This document shows, piece after piece, positions 1 through 12,570 of a stretch of 64,000 nucleotides of DNA. A program made the position numbers and the translations under genes. Under the pieces are notes generated by a model. The model was not told where the DNA came from and did not search any database. It saw only the letters and a program-made list of their open reading frames with translations. The DNA comes from Macrostomum lignano (taxonomy: Eukaryota): the NCBI GenBank assembly GCA_002269645.1, contig NIVC01001704.1, positions 64,782 through 128,781 of the forward strand, given 5' to 3'. Numbering within the stretch: position 1 is the stretch's first letter; every line of letters starts with the position of its first letter.

Positions 1-335
1 AGTTTGGGAGTGGTGCTAATCTGGGGAGCGGTGCTGATTTAAGGGAGTGGGGGCTAATCTGGGGAGCGGTGCTGATTTAAGGGAGTGGGGGCTAATCTGC
101 TGGATTAGGGCTAATCTGAGGGATTGGGGCTAATCTGGGGGATTGGGGCTAATCTAGAAGAAGTAGCGATGCGAATTTTTGCGGAGTGGTGCGAATCTGG
201 AGAAGTAGTGCTAATCTGGGGAGGTGAAACTATCTGGGAAGCGGCGGTAATCTGTGGAGCAGTGCTAATCTGGGGGAAGTGGGGCTAATTTGGTGGTGTA
301 GGGCTAATGTGGGAGAATAGTGCTAATCTGGTGAG
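1..335. repeat. Degenerate ~11-bp tandem repeat (GGGGCTAATCT-like)
   Basis: Recurrent GCTAATCT(G)GG units from the window start to ~335. Confidence 0.8.
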
Positions 336-818
336 GATTTGAAAATAACTAATAATCATAAAAGAACTATAAATGAATTGACATTGCAAAGTTTCAAACA
401 TTAAGAAATGTAACTTTTTAGAACTTTTTAGCTCTCAGTAAAATTGGTGTACAACTGCTTAGAGATTTGCTACTGCAGAACTGCTTGGAGATTAGTGTGA
501 TTTGCTCAGCGACTGTGCAAAACTGCTTATAGACAAGCGCTAAATTGCTAAGAAGCCACCCGGAGGGGGGCAAAATGGCTAGTCTACTATCTATAGCCAG
601 GACCTGCACCGGAGCGGTTACGAAAATTAGATTTCTCGGTAGTTGCACGTACTCTTTTGCACTACTTGAGTAGTCTGATTTTCGTTCGGCATGGCTGGTT
701 GCAGCAGGTAGTTCCTCTGGATAAAAGCGCTTACCGCGCCCATTGGCTTTCCAGCTGCCTTAATCGTTTCCGGTGATCTTGTGTGCGTGCTTTCAGCTTG
801 ATTGGCTGCGGCAAGCAA

Positions 819-1138
819 CTGCTTAGCAACAGGTGGCACCAGCTGACTGTGGACACGCTGTTGCAAATTTCTCTAGTTTCGCAGATCAAGCCTCGACAGT
901 GGGCAAACCTTAACTGCTGGACATCCTCAGCTGGTCTCTCAAGCATTTCGTCGGCATCCCAGGTCAACTTCGGGTGGAAAACGGATTGAAAGTGCTAGAC
1001 CACTGGGCTACGCCCCCCCCCCCCACGTTCGCGAATGTACCAGCAATAAACCTACGAGCGATAAACCTACCAACAATAAACCTACTTTTAATAAGTGCTG
1101 ACACGTGCCTCGCTTCGCTCGCTCTTTCTCGCTATCTA

Positions 1139-1191
<53 letters not shown>

Positions 1192-1216
1192 CATCTATCT
1201 ATCTATCTATCTATCG

Positions 1217-1248
<32 letters not shown>

Positions 1249-1884
1249 GTGCTTTACTCAGCCAGCGAATATAATGGTCCAGGCTTACAGACAGAATAGC
1301 CCCCTTCCATTAAAGGAGTTTCCCATGGAATGGTCTTGGCTCTTGCTAATGTATAGGCAAACAGAAGACATCTAAAATACCGCTTCCAGTTAATGTAGAA
1401 AAAACTGAAAAATCCAGGAAACCAGGGCATTTTTCGACTCTGAGATCAGAGATTGCGTGCTTCTTCGAGGGGAACTGCTTCGGATCAGTCGATCAGAGGA
1501 TTGCTGTGTCATCCTTTGCATGACGAGAAGAGAGAAAACAATATAATAAAGTTACCTACTGTTCCTTTATTACCAATAATTTAATTTTAAACTTAAGGCA
1601 CGTGTCAGCACTTATTAAAAGTAGGTTTATTGTTGGTAGGTTTATCGCTCGTAGGTTTATTGCTGGTACATTCGCGAACGTGGGGGAGGGCGTAGCCCAG
1701 TGGTCTAGCACTTTCAATCCGTTTTCCACCCGAAGTTGACCTGGGATGCCGACGAAATGCTTGAGAGACCAGCTGAGGATGTCCAGCAGTTAAGGTTTGC
1801 CCACTGTCGAGGCTTGATCTGCGAAACTAGAGAAATTTGCAACAGCGTGTCCACAGTCACCTGGTGCCACCTGTTGCTAAGCAG
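819..1884. repeat. ~290-bp near-perfect inverted repeat (arms 819-1110 and 1596-1884) around a ~485-bp spacer
   Basis: 1596-1884 is the reverse complement of 819-1110, apart from about one mismatch and a poly-C length difference; each arm has three ATAAACCTAC-like subrepeats at its inner end; no TSD found. Confidence 0.9.
1131..1248. repeat. (CTAT)n microsatellite
   Basis: Direct reading of the sequence. Confidence 0.95.
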
Positions 1885-2149
1885 CTGCGATGATTAACGG
1901 CTGCGCCGTTCTATAGAAGCATTTTGACGAGATCATAAGCTGGCGGGCAGAAATCGGGACATGGAATCGTTAATTCTTGCTAAGCTTAGAAACTTGGTAA
2001 AAGTAACGAGTCGATGAACCTAAAGTTTACTTTGTAACGGATGCGGAAAGTTCGACAGCGATGCGATGAGGTCCTACAGTCAGTAAATCGACTGCTACCA
2101 GTCAGAGCAACATGTATATGTTTCTTTTAGCAGAGGCATATACGGAAAA

Positions 2150-3088
2150 TCAGTCGCACACGCGGGCCAGTCCTGCCAGCTGCTCAGCGCTCAGCTTCCC
2201 CTGAGCGATGCCGAAGCAGACGATGGTCCCCGACAGACAGCCATCGTCGCTGTAAGACGAGTAGCCCAGCCGGATCACCGAGTCCACGGCTTGTCCGCGG
2301 AATGTCGAGCTGACGAAGTCGTAAACCCGGCCATTCAGAAAAGCGAAGGCGCCTGTGACGTTGCTGGCGGCCACGCCTAGGAAGAAGCCGCTGGGATCGG
2401 CGTCCGTCTGCCTGAACTTCGAGGTCGAGGTAAACTGCTTTCCCAGGTGCGAGTACCTGAAGATCAAGTCTTCGTTGGTCTCGTAAATATCCAGCTCATA
2501 GTTGATCTTCACATACACTGTCTTGGCCTTGTAGGGCCGTCGCACCTTCATGAAGAAGCTCACTGCTCTCTCTCCTTTGCGATCGATGAGCGCCGTGAGA
2601 CCTCCCGGGATGCTCAGCTTCAGGTATGACGTCATCCTCCCAGCAAAGTGCAGTCCACTCGAGTCTCTCGTCACGTCGAAGGCCTCGGAGCTGATGCTCG
2701 CGCTGCCCGCCGCCTTCTCGAGCGACTCCCTGAAGTCGAAGAAGGCGAGGAGCTGCAGCAGGACGGGGGCCAGCGTGAGGCTGCTGCACTGACCGAGTTC
2801 TTCCGAGGTCGACCAAAGCGACAGCTGTGAGAAGTCGGCAGCCAGAGAGCAGACGGAGTCTTTGAAGTGAGCCGCCTTGCACTTCGGCAGCCGCAGCGTG
2901 CACACTCGGATGCACTGGAGCTGGCTGGGCAGCTGCAGGAGCTCCGCTGCTGTCGGGTCCGCAGTGGGAGGGCACAGCTGAGTCCACTGCCACCGCCACC
3001 GACTGGCGCAAGCGGGGTTCGAACCCCCGACCTGCTGCAGGGACAGGACCAGCAGGTTAAAAATGAACAGCACCAGCATGGTTGCCAT
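2150..3088 (-). CDS. Intronless secreted protein, 312 aa: signal peptide, PAN/Apple-like Cys module, ConA/laminin-G-like domain
   Basis: GC-rich ORF; hydrophobic N-terminus MATMLVLFIFNLLVLSLQQVGG; Cys pattern CIRVC...CKAAHFKDSVCSL; C-terminal beta-rich region ending GTIVCFGIAQGKLSAEQLAGLARVC. Domain names are inferred from motif resemblance. Confidence 0.75.
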   Translation of the reverse strand: MATMLVLFIFNLLVLSLQQVGGSNPACASRWRWQWTQLCPPTADPTAAELLQLPSQLQCIRVCTLRLPKCKAAHFKDSVCSLAADFSQLSLWSTSEELGQCSSLTLAPVLLQLLAFFDFRESLEKAAGSASISSEAFDVTRDSSGLHFAGRMTSYLKLSIPGGLTALIDRKGERAVSFFMKVRRPYKAKTVYVKINYELDIYETNEDLIFRYSHLGKQFTSTSKFRQTDADPSGFFLGVAASNVTGAFAFLNGRVYDFVSSTFRGQAVDSVIRLGYSSYSDDGCLSGTIVCFGIAQGKLSAEQLAGLARVCD

Positions 3089-3818
3089 GTTATCGTGAAT
3101 TGAATCTGTCTGAACTCGGATTCGGAGAAGAAAAGTTGTTGAAGAGAATAGTTGCTATATGCTGTTTTTTAACTCTTTTCCAGGGTGTGATAGAATTGTT
3201 GGTCTCTGATTGGCTGCTTCTCCGGTGGGTAGTTATTTTCTCATAACAGTCCTCATAACAGTCTCTTTATTCTACCGGTATACGCTATACATGTTTGAGC
3301 ATAAAGCTGACTTGCTGCGAATCAATACTACATGTCTTCTCTAATTTCTGGTGTAAGCTTCCTTCGTGTCAGTTAAATTTTGTATCTATACATGTAAGGT
3401 ACTGTTGATAATTTTCATACTGATGTAACCACGTTCTGGTCGCGGGATAGGGCAGGGGAACTTTTTCGAAAGTGCCTCCTATCGCCGTGCACCCCCTGCA
3501 CAGAGCTATTGAGACTCGGCCAGGTCTTCGACCAGGCCTGGAGACTCCCGCTCTGCTGCACCCCCCTGCTGCCTTGGCTCCATCTCCCCTGCCGCCACAC
3601 TTGCCTTTCCGGAGCTCCCCCTACCTCTCTGTGCCTCCCCCTCCACCCTATCTCTTCCTATCCCTCCACCCTCTTTTTGCCCCTTTTCGCACTATTTTCC
3701 TGCACTGTCCCCCCTTTCTCTGCGTCTACTTACAGTATTTTGTGCGCTCACCGCCACCCCATTCCTTCTCAAACTCCCAAACGGTGACGCAAGTCGTGTG
3801 ACCCCTTCTTCCCCTCGA

Positions 3819-4333
3819 TGACTCATCGATGACTCATCCCCCTCTCTTGCGCAACCTTTTCTCACGCTATTGTTCTCCTCCCCAAATTTCTCATGCGACA
3901 CCCACCCCACCTCCGCTTCTATTGTTCTCGTTTTTGATTCTTTTGTTCCCCTTACCCCCACCAATTATCACATTTTCTCCGATTTTCTCTTTCTATTGTT
4001 CTCGTTTTCGCACCTAATTATCACCTTTTCTCCAATGTTTGCTTTTCTATTGTTCTCGATTCTCCCCAATTATCCCCGATTTCCAATTCCTTTGTTCTCG
4101 ACCCCAGCCCCATTGTTCTCAATGTTTGCTTGCGCAACACTTTCTCGACCTCCCGCTGCGCCAATTATCCCCCCACCCCACCTCCGGATTGCGCAATTCT
4201 CCCATTTCTCATGTTGCTATGCCGTTCTCATGCTTCTCATCATGACTCATTCTGACGTCATTCTGCCGGCAGCCAATCAGAGAGAGGGAGTCATGGAAAC
4301 GACCTTGGAGCGGCGGCTGGGAAGGCTATATAA
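3819..4333 (+). promoter_or_regulatory. Pol II promoter: AP-1 x3, CRE, CCAAT, TATA
   Basis: TGACTCA at 3819-3825, 3830-3836 and 4243-4249; TGACGTCA at 4253-4260; CCAAT at 4273-4277; TATATAA at 4327-4333; strong donor GTAAGT downstream at 4667. Confidence 0.65.
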
Positions 4334-5539
4334 GGAAGCGATTTTTAGCATGAGAATCCTCAACTCTGCGTTCCGGTCTCCTCAGACTGTGCGTCTCCTC
4401 GTCCTTCTTTGGACTTGCCGTCAGACGTAGCTCTGACCTATTCGTCTGTAGGACGAACCTCTGCCGGTCCGCGGTCTGATACCGCCCAGCTACCTTAGCT
4501 CCCAAGTGAGCTCGCCTATCGGCCAGCGGCATCATCAGCATCGCCTGATCTACATCAGCGCCTCGTCGCTGCAGCGCATCGCCGCTTCACTGTCTGCCTG
4601 ACTGCAGCCTACAGCGCCCTCGGTCACTCCGCCGCTCTCTCTCTCTCTCTCTCTGTGCAGCTGCCGGTAAGTTCCTATTACTAGTTTGTGCTCTAATCGC
4701 CTTTACTTATCCGGGGCTTACCTATTTCCCATTGCTTAATTAGAGAGCTGAGCCAATTGTGATACCGTAACATTTTGCTGTATTTTACTCAATAGTGAAG
4801 CCGCCTAATTGCCTGATTATTTGCCTAAGGGCCTAATTATTAACTATTAACTAACCTCATCATTATTCACTCTTTCACCATCATTTCACTCATGGCTTGC
4901 TAAGCCTTTCTCCCGGGGTGGCAAAGCATAAAGAAGTTGGGTAAGCTATTGGCCTCTCCCCGTGCAAAGCCCGCCTGTGAGTGCGTGCTGCGGGGCCGTG
5001 TGTGCGTGCAGTAGAGGGATTAGCGAGTCTTGGCACAGAATGGCAGTAGGAAGGTTGCAACCCCATGCTTTGTCCCTTCGCCCTGAGCAATCTAAACTAT
5101 AGACAGCACATGTTCGTCTCATACTACTCTTAGTAATCAAAGTCGCAAGTCAGCCTCGCTCACAGCCACAAAGGATCCCCTGCTGAGAAATCCTCCAGAT
5201 TGAGCCCAGAGTTCCCGATCATGCCCCAAGCAGAGTCCCTGTACTCGGCTGCATGTGTCTCCCCTGTTAGCCTAAATCTCCTGGTAACCATCCCAGGCGG
5301 GGCTCTAGCCTCGAGAGGTCTGGTAGTAAGATCCAGGTGCGCCAGGTCACATAGAGTGGTGGCAGCCACTCGGTCATACTATGACCGAGTGACCAACTAT
5401 TGCACCTTGGCTACAGGTGGGGTCCATCATGTGGGTCCTTGGCCCTCTGGTCACAAAGCGCTACCAAAGCTATCAATCATGTGGGCAGGACAGTCTGGAA
5501 TTATTCACTTCCGTTGCAGGAATGTATTCCGACAGTAGT

Positions 5540-5860
5540 GGCGCAGGAAATCGCTTTTTGGTGGTGAAAGCACAGAGGACCTAGCGGATTTTCACCTAAA
5601 TACAGGCCACTCCAAAGAACTTGAAAAGTAAGTTCTTGAATAAAGATGAGCGCGCTTGCATGACCAATTCATCTGCAATCTCGGCAACCAAGGTTGTCAT
5701 CGGCAAAGACCATAAAGCTCTGAGCTTAAAAGAAGCCGTAGCAGAAGCAGAGGCACATTAAAGCCTGCCTGAGAGTCAAATAATGAAGTCAGCACCCAAG
5801 ACGGAAAGTGGTTCAGTTCTGAAGGTGGCTTTTAAACACCCAAGGACTTCCAACTAAGAG
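5540..5860 (+). mobile_element. Degenerate Ty3/Gypsy-like gag remnant
   Basis: Frameshifted and stop-interrupted peptides GESTEDLADFHL ... RLHDQFICNLG ... KALSLKEAVAEAEAH resemble the Gypsy gag signature GES..D...L ... LRD.F(I/V)CGL ... LTL..AV..A.A.E. Confidence 0.5.
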
Positions 5861-8800
5861 AATCCAGTCAGACATCAACTACAGAGACTACTTCTCGGGA
5901 GTCGCACCAACCCGATGCCAGTTGCAAACTCTCGCAGGTAAAGTAACTGCACATCTACATGTAGATTTCAATTATTTGAGTTTAACTACTGAATCTTTAT
6001 TTGGTTCAAATAAAGAAGCCAAACGTAGGATTGGATAGAGAAAAATGAATCTAACGGAATTTTTTTCAACTTTTTTACTTTTTAACACAATTTTATCTAC
6101 ATTTTTGGATAAGTACCAATACCATGGATGTCAACTGCAGTATTCAGATCACATTCTACACAAAGTAAATATAGAGTAAAGAGATTGACAAATGCCTGCC
6201 TGGAGACTAAAGGTTAATATCGGATATAATTTTTTCTAGGAATTAAAATGGTCCTTATCTAAATTTAAAAAAGCGCTGCTAAGTTTGCATGTTATAGTTA
6301 TAGTTTGTTTGATTTTATTTCACGAAAGCGAGACTTTGCAGGAATTTTTCAAATGTTTTCCAAGGCAGAAAAGGCGAACTATATCTTCTTGGTAGTGATA
6401 AAACAAGCTCTGAAGTTGCTTTGAACTACAAAGAAAGTCGTTTTTATCTTTAGTATAGTTTCTAAATTTAAGTTTTTAAGGTCCTTGGACCATTTAGTGC
6501 AAGAAAAAACACTTTGCTAATGGAGAGTTTAAATTTACGGCAATGAAAAGTTCTTTGCCCCCCAATTTTTATTAGAGACATGAGGCTGTGTATGAAACCG
6601 AAAAGTAATGCTTTTAAGCGAACTTGCTTTCATTTTAAAGAATTCTCACAAATAATTTTCGTCTCCCGCACCAGATTGCTAGTAATTGCTATATGCTTCT
6701 TCAAACTCTGGTCTCTGTAGACCTAGTGTAAGCTTTCCAAGCCTTTAATAGGCCTAATTACAAGTTTTTTTTTATAAAAATTAAATGATAATTTACAGTT
6801 AATTGGCTTTTCTTTCATTTTACTTTGTTTTAATAACTTTTAGAGAAAAAAACAACCATGTCAAATAAAGTTGCTTGCTGTTGCTGGGCACATAATATGA
6901 ATAAATTATTAACAATAATTAACAATTATTTTAATGCATTGACTTCATACAAATAGGCCCCTATTGATTGTTGGTTTTTTATTCACAACCAACCATGTGG
7001 GTTTTAAAATTAAAATTTTAGGTTAGCTTTGCATGTGTTGCATTTCATAAATTGTAATACAAAATAGTACTTGTTATGTTAGTTAAAGCAATATATTTTT
7101 ATCTAAGAAATATAAAGTGTGTTCTTATTTATTTCAATTCAAAGCAGAAAAGATTTTCTTTAACTTGTATATATTTATTTGTTTCAAATAAGAGAATTTT
7201 TAGATACTTGTATAATATTTTCATTTTTATTCATTTTTTGATTTAATGTCTAATGATTTTATATACAAAGCCTATAAGGCTTTAAAGTAAATTATTTGTT
7301 CACTTTATTTTCCTTTTTTTGACACATTTTTTGCTTATTTGCTAGAGTCACTAGCTTTAAAGAATAAAAAACAATTGTTTTTGGTTGCTATTGTTTCAAT
7401 TAGACATAATAACAAATGAACTGTTTGCCTTAATATAGACATTTTAGTAGACAAACTGATAGTGATAATAGACAAAATGACTTACCAAAAAGAAAAAAAG
7501 TAAAATCTAACCCTTAACCTAAAAAAATAACCAAAACCCAAAAACCAAGATCAAATGATTTTAATAAAAAAGGCTAATATCAAAGCAATCAAGTCTTATT
7601 TAACTAGGCCTCAGTTGATCTAATTCTATCATCTATTAAAAAAGCTATACTAGGCCTAATCAAACTAAAGTAATAGTTAAGGAATAAAGAAGTCAACACT
7701 AAAATTTATTTTTGAAATATTTAATATTGTGTATAAATCTTAGATTTTTATAACTTATTTTTTAAGGTAGATGTCATTTTAAAATATTTTAAATTTATGT
7801 TGCTTGGTTATGTGAAGAAATTTTGTTTGAATCAATGGTTTTTTATTTGCAAAATATTAGTTTAAATGCTTATATTTTGTAATTTTATCTAATATATTCT
7901 TATTTCCTCTAATTAAATATTTATTCTTTTTAGTTTTGCCTTCTAATTCTTTGATTTATTTCAGAAAAAGCAAAGCGTTCTAACTTAATAATAAAAAAAC
8001 TTAAATTGGCAGAAAGAAAGGAGAGAACTGTTAGAAGATAATAAAACTTAAGATTAAAGTTTATTTAATTTTGCTTAAAGGCTAGACTATTGGTATTGGT
8101 AAATCAATGGTAGACTAATGGAAAAAAAATATATATTATTTATAGGTCTATTCATACTATTTTCAGCTTATAGCTTAGCATTTCTAACAATATTTATATT
8201 TTAAATAAAGGCTTATTATAATCTTAATGACTATATATTATACAATATAATTGTGATTTAAAAGCAATAAAATATTGACTAATTATTTAAGAATTAAAAA
8301 ATGTAAATAGTGCCTTATTCTAATTTATATTTGTTTAGATAGTTTAAGTAGCTTCTAGTTCTAAGCCATTTTATGGGATCACATGTATAGCATTAGAAAC
8401 ATTTTTTAAATATCTCACCAAATTTCATAGTATACAAATAGTACAATTCACTTTTTAGACCTTTTCTAGATTATATATATTATTTTAAATTTCAAGTATA
8501 AATTATAAATCATTCATTTTTCAATTTTAGAATGAAAAACTCTAATTAAAGTTTTATTTTGTGTATAACAATAGAAGCGTTTTTAAACTATGTCTGAAAT
8601 TATTTAGAGATAAAACATTAGAATGTATCAAAACTTGACTAAATATTGTTAAACAGTTGAAAACTTAATCTATAATGTCAGTCATTTAGCCATTTGCTTT
8701 TTGCAGTCAAAAAGTTATGACAAGAATGTGTATTTGTAATATTGTGCATTAGCATATTTTGGCACCAAAATATTTTTAAGTACTTATAACTTTCTTCTAT

Positions 8801-9415
8801 ATAATCTTATAGAAATAGAACATTATGCTTTCAATAGAAATTATCTTTGTTGTTTTGTTTAAGTTTCAAGGTATAGGCTAAAATCATTAAGTAGTAATAG
8901 TTTTCCAAAGTTGAAATATTTTTTGAGTAGATTTTGAGCAACTTTTATATTATAAATGGATTTTTAAATAGCTCTATTAGTTTAGGTGTAATCTTTTTGA
9001 ATCTTTTTGATTTATATTTTTGAAAGTGTCCATTTCTTGTGAAATAACCTTTCTTTTTTAATAATTCAGAAATCAAGTTTCTGTTTATTTTTTATATAAT
9101 ATAATATAATTACATAATTATTCTTTTTTAGCATATCAGAAGATAGATAGATTTTCACTATAGGAATTTTTTGAGCTTTTCTAATATCAACTAGGCAGTA
9201 TTGAGTGTGGCAGAGTTATCTTAAATATTTGGCAAGCAGACACAATTGTTGTCATACAAGAGCATAGGGGATAGAGAGGAAGTTCTGTTTAGCCTGGCTA
9301 AATGGGTGGAATCTGTTGGGTGTCACAATCATGACCCTGGAGTTAAAGTGCAAATAAGCTAAACCCAAGAGACACATTCTGCATTCTGGGGTAGATGAAT
9401 CTGCCTGTTGAAAGA

Positions 9416-9429
9416 GTTACCATGGCAAC
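9416..9429. promoter_or_regulatory. RFX X-box GTTACCATGGCAAC
   Basis: Full match to the canonical X-box GTNRCC(N0-3)RGYAAC, ~480 bp upstream of ATG 9906. Confidence 0.7.
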
Positions 9430-9905
9430 AATTGCTAGTGATTGCAAACAACTCAATGGTGACTCTAGCGACCCTTGTGACTTTTTACCAACTCAAACGA
9501 CAAATATGACAGTGAGGTGACTGTTGAGAGCGCATCACGTGAATTGCAGAATCATAGAAGTCGCGAGAAAGTCGTCCAAAAGTCGTGTTAACTTCTACAG
9601 ACTCAAGTAGACTAAATGGATGTGGGTCTATGAAAAAATACCGGGTCCGATTTTATTAACAAACTTAATCTGTTTGCCCTCTAATTTTGTTTTAAATTTT
9701 GTTTATTTTGTTTTGTTAAATTTTGTTTTGTTTTGTTTTGTTTTTGTTTTGTTATTTTGTCTAATTTTGTTTGTTTAAATTTTGTCTAATTTTGTTTATA
9801 ATTTTGTTTAAAATTACCCTCTGGCAATTTTAAACAAAAAATTTTCCGTAGCAGCTTCGGTTTTAATAGTAGTCACCTATTGTCAAAACTGCAGCCTGCC
9901 AGTTC

Positions 9906-11392
9906 ATGTGGCCAAAGCGACTCCGGCAATCCAGTTCGCGGCGGCCGAAAACAACAGCAACACCTCATGCCCCACCGGCCAAGCTCAGTGTGAACTCGCG
10001 ACTGAACCAGCTGCGTTACTATGGCAACCAGCTGACTGCGCTTGATGCCCTGCGCAATGAGTTGCGTCAGTTTGCTGTTCGTCTGAAGGTGAGGCCTGAG
10101 GGCTTGCCGGATGCCAATGATATCTCAAGCATCCCAGATCCTCACTGCACCAATATCCCAGATCCTCACTGCACCAATATCCCAGATCCTCACTGCACAA
10201 ATATCCCAGATCCCCACTGCACCAGTATCCCAGATCCCCACTGCACCAATATCCCAGATCCCCACTGCGCCAATATCCTAGATCCCCGCTGCACCAATAT
10301 CCCAGATCCTCACTTGCATCAATATCCCAGATCCTCACTGCACGAATATCCCAGATCCCCACTTGCACCAATATCCCAGATCCTCACTTGCACCAATATC
10401 CCAGATCCTCACTTGCATCAATATCCCAGATCCCCACTGCGCCAATATCCCAGATCCCCGCTGCACCAATATCCCAGATCCTCACTTGCATCAATATCCC
10501 AGATCCCCGCTGCACCAATATCCCAGATCCTCATTTGCATCAATATCCCAGATCCTCACTGCACCAATATCCCAGATCCCCACTTGCACCAATATCCCGG
10601 ATCCTCACTTGCACCAATATCCCAGATCCTCACTTGCATCAATATCCCAGATCCTCACTGCACCAATATCCCAGATCCCCACTTGCACCAATATCCCAGA
10701 TCCTCACTTGCACCAATATCCCAGATCCTCACTTGCATCAATATCCCAGATCCTCACTGCACCAATATCCCAGATCCCCACTGCACCAATATCCCAGATC
10801 CCCACTGCACCAATATCCCAGATCCTCACTTGCATCAATATCCCAGATCCCCATTGCACCATCCAGATCCCCACGCCATTCCCAGTTCCCCACTGCGTCG
10901 CCCACAACACCAGCTACTCCGCCCACCACCCGTCCCCAGGTGGAGGCCGTGTCCCTGTCCGACATGCAGCGAGCGGCTGGTCTGGACGGCTCGGTGGGCG
11001 ATCTGGACGACAAGGACGCCGCCACCGTGGGGTTCAGCAGCGCTGGCAGCGGCATCAGCGGCGAGTACACCGCAGGCCGGGGCTCGTCGGCGGCGGCTGC
11101 CGCTGTGTCGGCCGGCACCCGCGCCAGCAGCAGCAGCTGCAGCGGCGCCTGCTGGGACGATGCGCGCAGTTTTGCAACCACGGCGGCCGCGGCTTCCATT
11201 GCCGACACGGACGACACGGACTCAAACTCGGGCTCAGTTGATGACGAGGAAGATGAGGAGGCTGACGAGTACAAGAACGCTGTTAATTATGTATCCAGCC
11301 TCATGGATGCGGAGTTTAATGGCAGCTACAAGTCGGACACGGGGGGTGACGAGTCGTCTGACTCTGAGATCTACTCCGTGCACCAGCTGTAG
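9906..11392 (+). CDS. Orphan two-exon protein (~229 aa; exons 9906-10088 and 10886-11392) with a short helical segment and an acidic/Ser-rich tail; may have further upstream exons
   Basis: Exon 1 ends CTGAAG|GTGAGG (phase 0); acceptor CCCAG at 10881-10885 continues in phase as FPTASP...IYSVHQL*; helical segment RLNQLRYYGNQLTALDALRNELRQFAVRLK; GC-rich codons. Confidence 0.6.
10128..10870. repeat. Intronic 24-25-bp minisatellite (CACTGCACCAATATCCCAGATCCT)
   Basis: Fills the intron of the orphan gene and produces the spurious repetitive ORFs in the track. Confidence 0.95.
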
Positions 11393-11534
11393 CGCCCTCG
11401 CCTCACGCTTTGGCATTTCCTTTGTTTGATTTGGCGTTTGCATCGCATTGCGTGTTCCTTCCATGCGTATCTATGCCGTGATTTGTCCTTTTTGCACTGA
11501 TATTGACTCACCAGTCTTCATGAATGTTTTACGA

Positions 11535-11725
11535 GTGTTCACGTGGGTTTCATTGATTTTCACATGGGTGTCATCGGTGTTCACACGGGTTTCATCGGTG
11601 TTCACGCGGGTTTTATCAGTGTTCACGCGGGTTTTATCAGTGTTCACGCGGGTTTTATCAGTGTTCACGCGGGTTTTATCAGTGTTCACGCGGGTTTTAT
11701 CAGTGTTCACGTGGGTTTCATCGAT
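11535..11725. repeat. 21-bp tandem repeat (GTGTTCACGCGGGTTTTATCA)
   Basis: About 8-9 copies downstream of the orphan gene stop codon. Confidence 0.9.
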
Positions 11726-11949
11726 ATACGCTCGCGGGTTACGTAACTGATGCTCATGTACCAGATCTTCACGTGGACTTCATCAGTCTTAACTTAAGTT
11801 TGGTTGATGCCTTGATGGTGCTGATGGTCGCTCATTATACTCTTATATTGTAACCAAATTAACAAAAATACATTCTGTATAAATGATTACTTTACAAAGA
11901 TTTCAAAACACGGTTTATTAAAGCCACGCTTCTAATTTTTTATTTTTAG

Positions 11950-12570
11950 TATCTGCATGCAGTGTGATGCTCGTGCCATGTAAAGGCGGAATAGCGATTA
12001 AAACGCAGATTGGACCTTGTGTGTCGTTCCTTCCTCCATGGATGATATCAATAATAAATGTAAAAGCCAAATTGTAAGTCTGCAAATTTATAGTGCATGA
12101 ACTGAGATGTAAAATTATGTAAATTGAAAGATGGTGCATGAAGCCAGAACAGCTCAGCAGTAAAACGCGCCTGACTTTCGCGCCACGATCCCTGTTTCGA
12201 TACCGTGCGCGGCCGCATTGACGTCGAGATACAACTGCTTTCCCAGGTACGAGTAGTACATGTACCTGAAGATCTAAGTTGAGTAAAGTAAAATAATGTC
12301 CGGTCTTCATCTCTTCATCATCATTGTACTTATAGTTTCCCGCGTCATACTGTTTTCTCCACGGAATTAATGAGTTTTGGCCTTGTACTCCAATGACATC
12401 CGTCACGATGAGACGTGTGAGTCCTCTCCTCTCGATGATCTTCAGGTACAGTATACTACACTATACATGTATATAACGTTATCCTGCCAAAAAATGCGCA
12501 GTCCGACCGAGTCTCTCGTCACGTCGAAGCTCTCATAGCTAATGCTTGCGCCTTCTCGAGCGACTCTCCG
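11950..12570 (-). pseudogene. Decayed paralog of the 2150-3088 PAN/LamG-like gene
   Basis: Shares GAGTCTCTCGTCACGTCGAAG, CCTTCTCGAGCGACTC and TCCCAGGTRCGAGTA...TACCTGAAGATC with the intact gene; peptide ASISYESFDVTRDS matches ASISSEAFDVTRDS; frameshifts and small insertions. Confidence 0.8.

Noticed and set aside
1689-1750. tRNA/SINE-like head GGGCGTAGCCCAGTGGTCTAGCAC in the inverted-repeat arm
   Set aside because: An A-box is present but there is no convincing B-box (GTTCRANNC) or cloverleaf
3424-4900. Complete LTR boundaries for the gag remnant
   Set aside because: TGTAAC start is present but no matching end, PBS or second LTR was found
5950-9300. Very AT-rich 3.3-kb block
   Set aside because: No ORFs, repeats or recognisable motifs that I can support; treated as ordinary intergenic DNA
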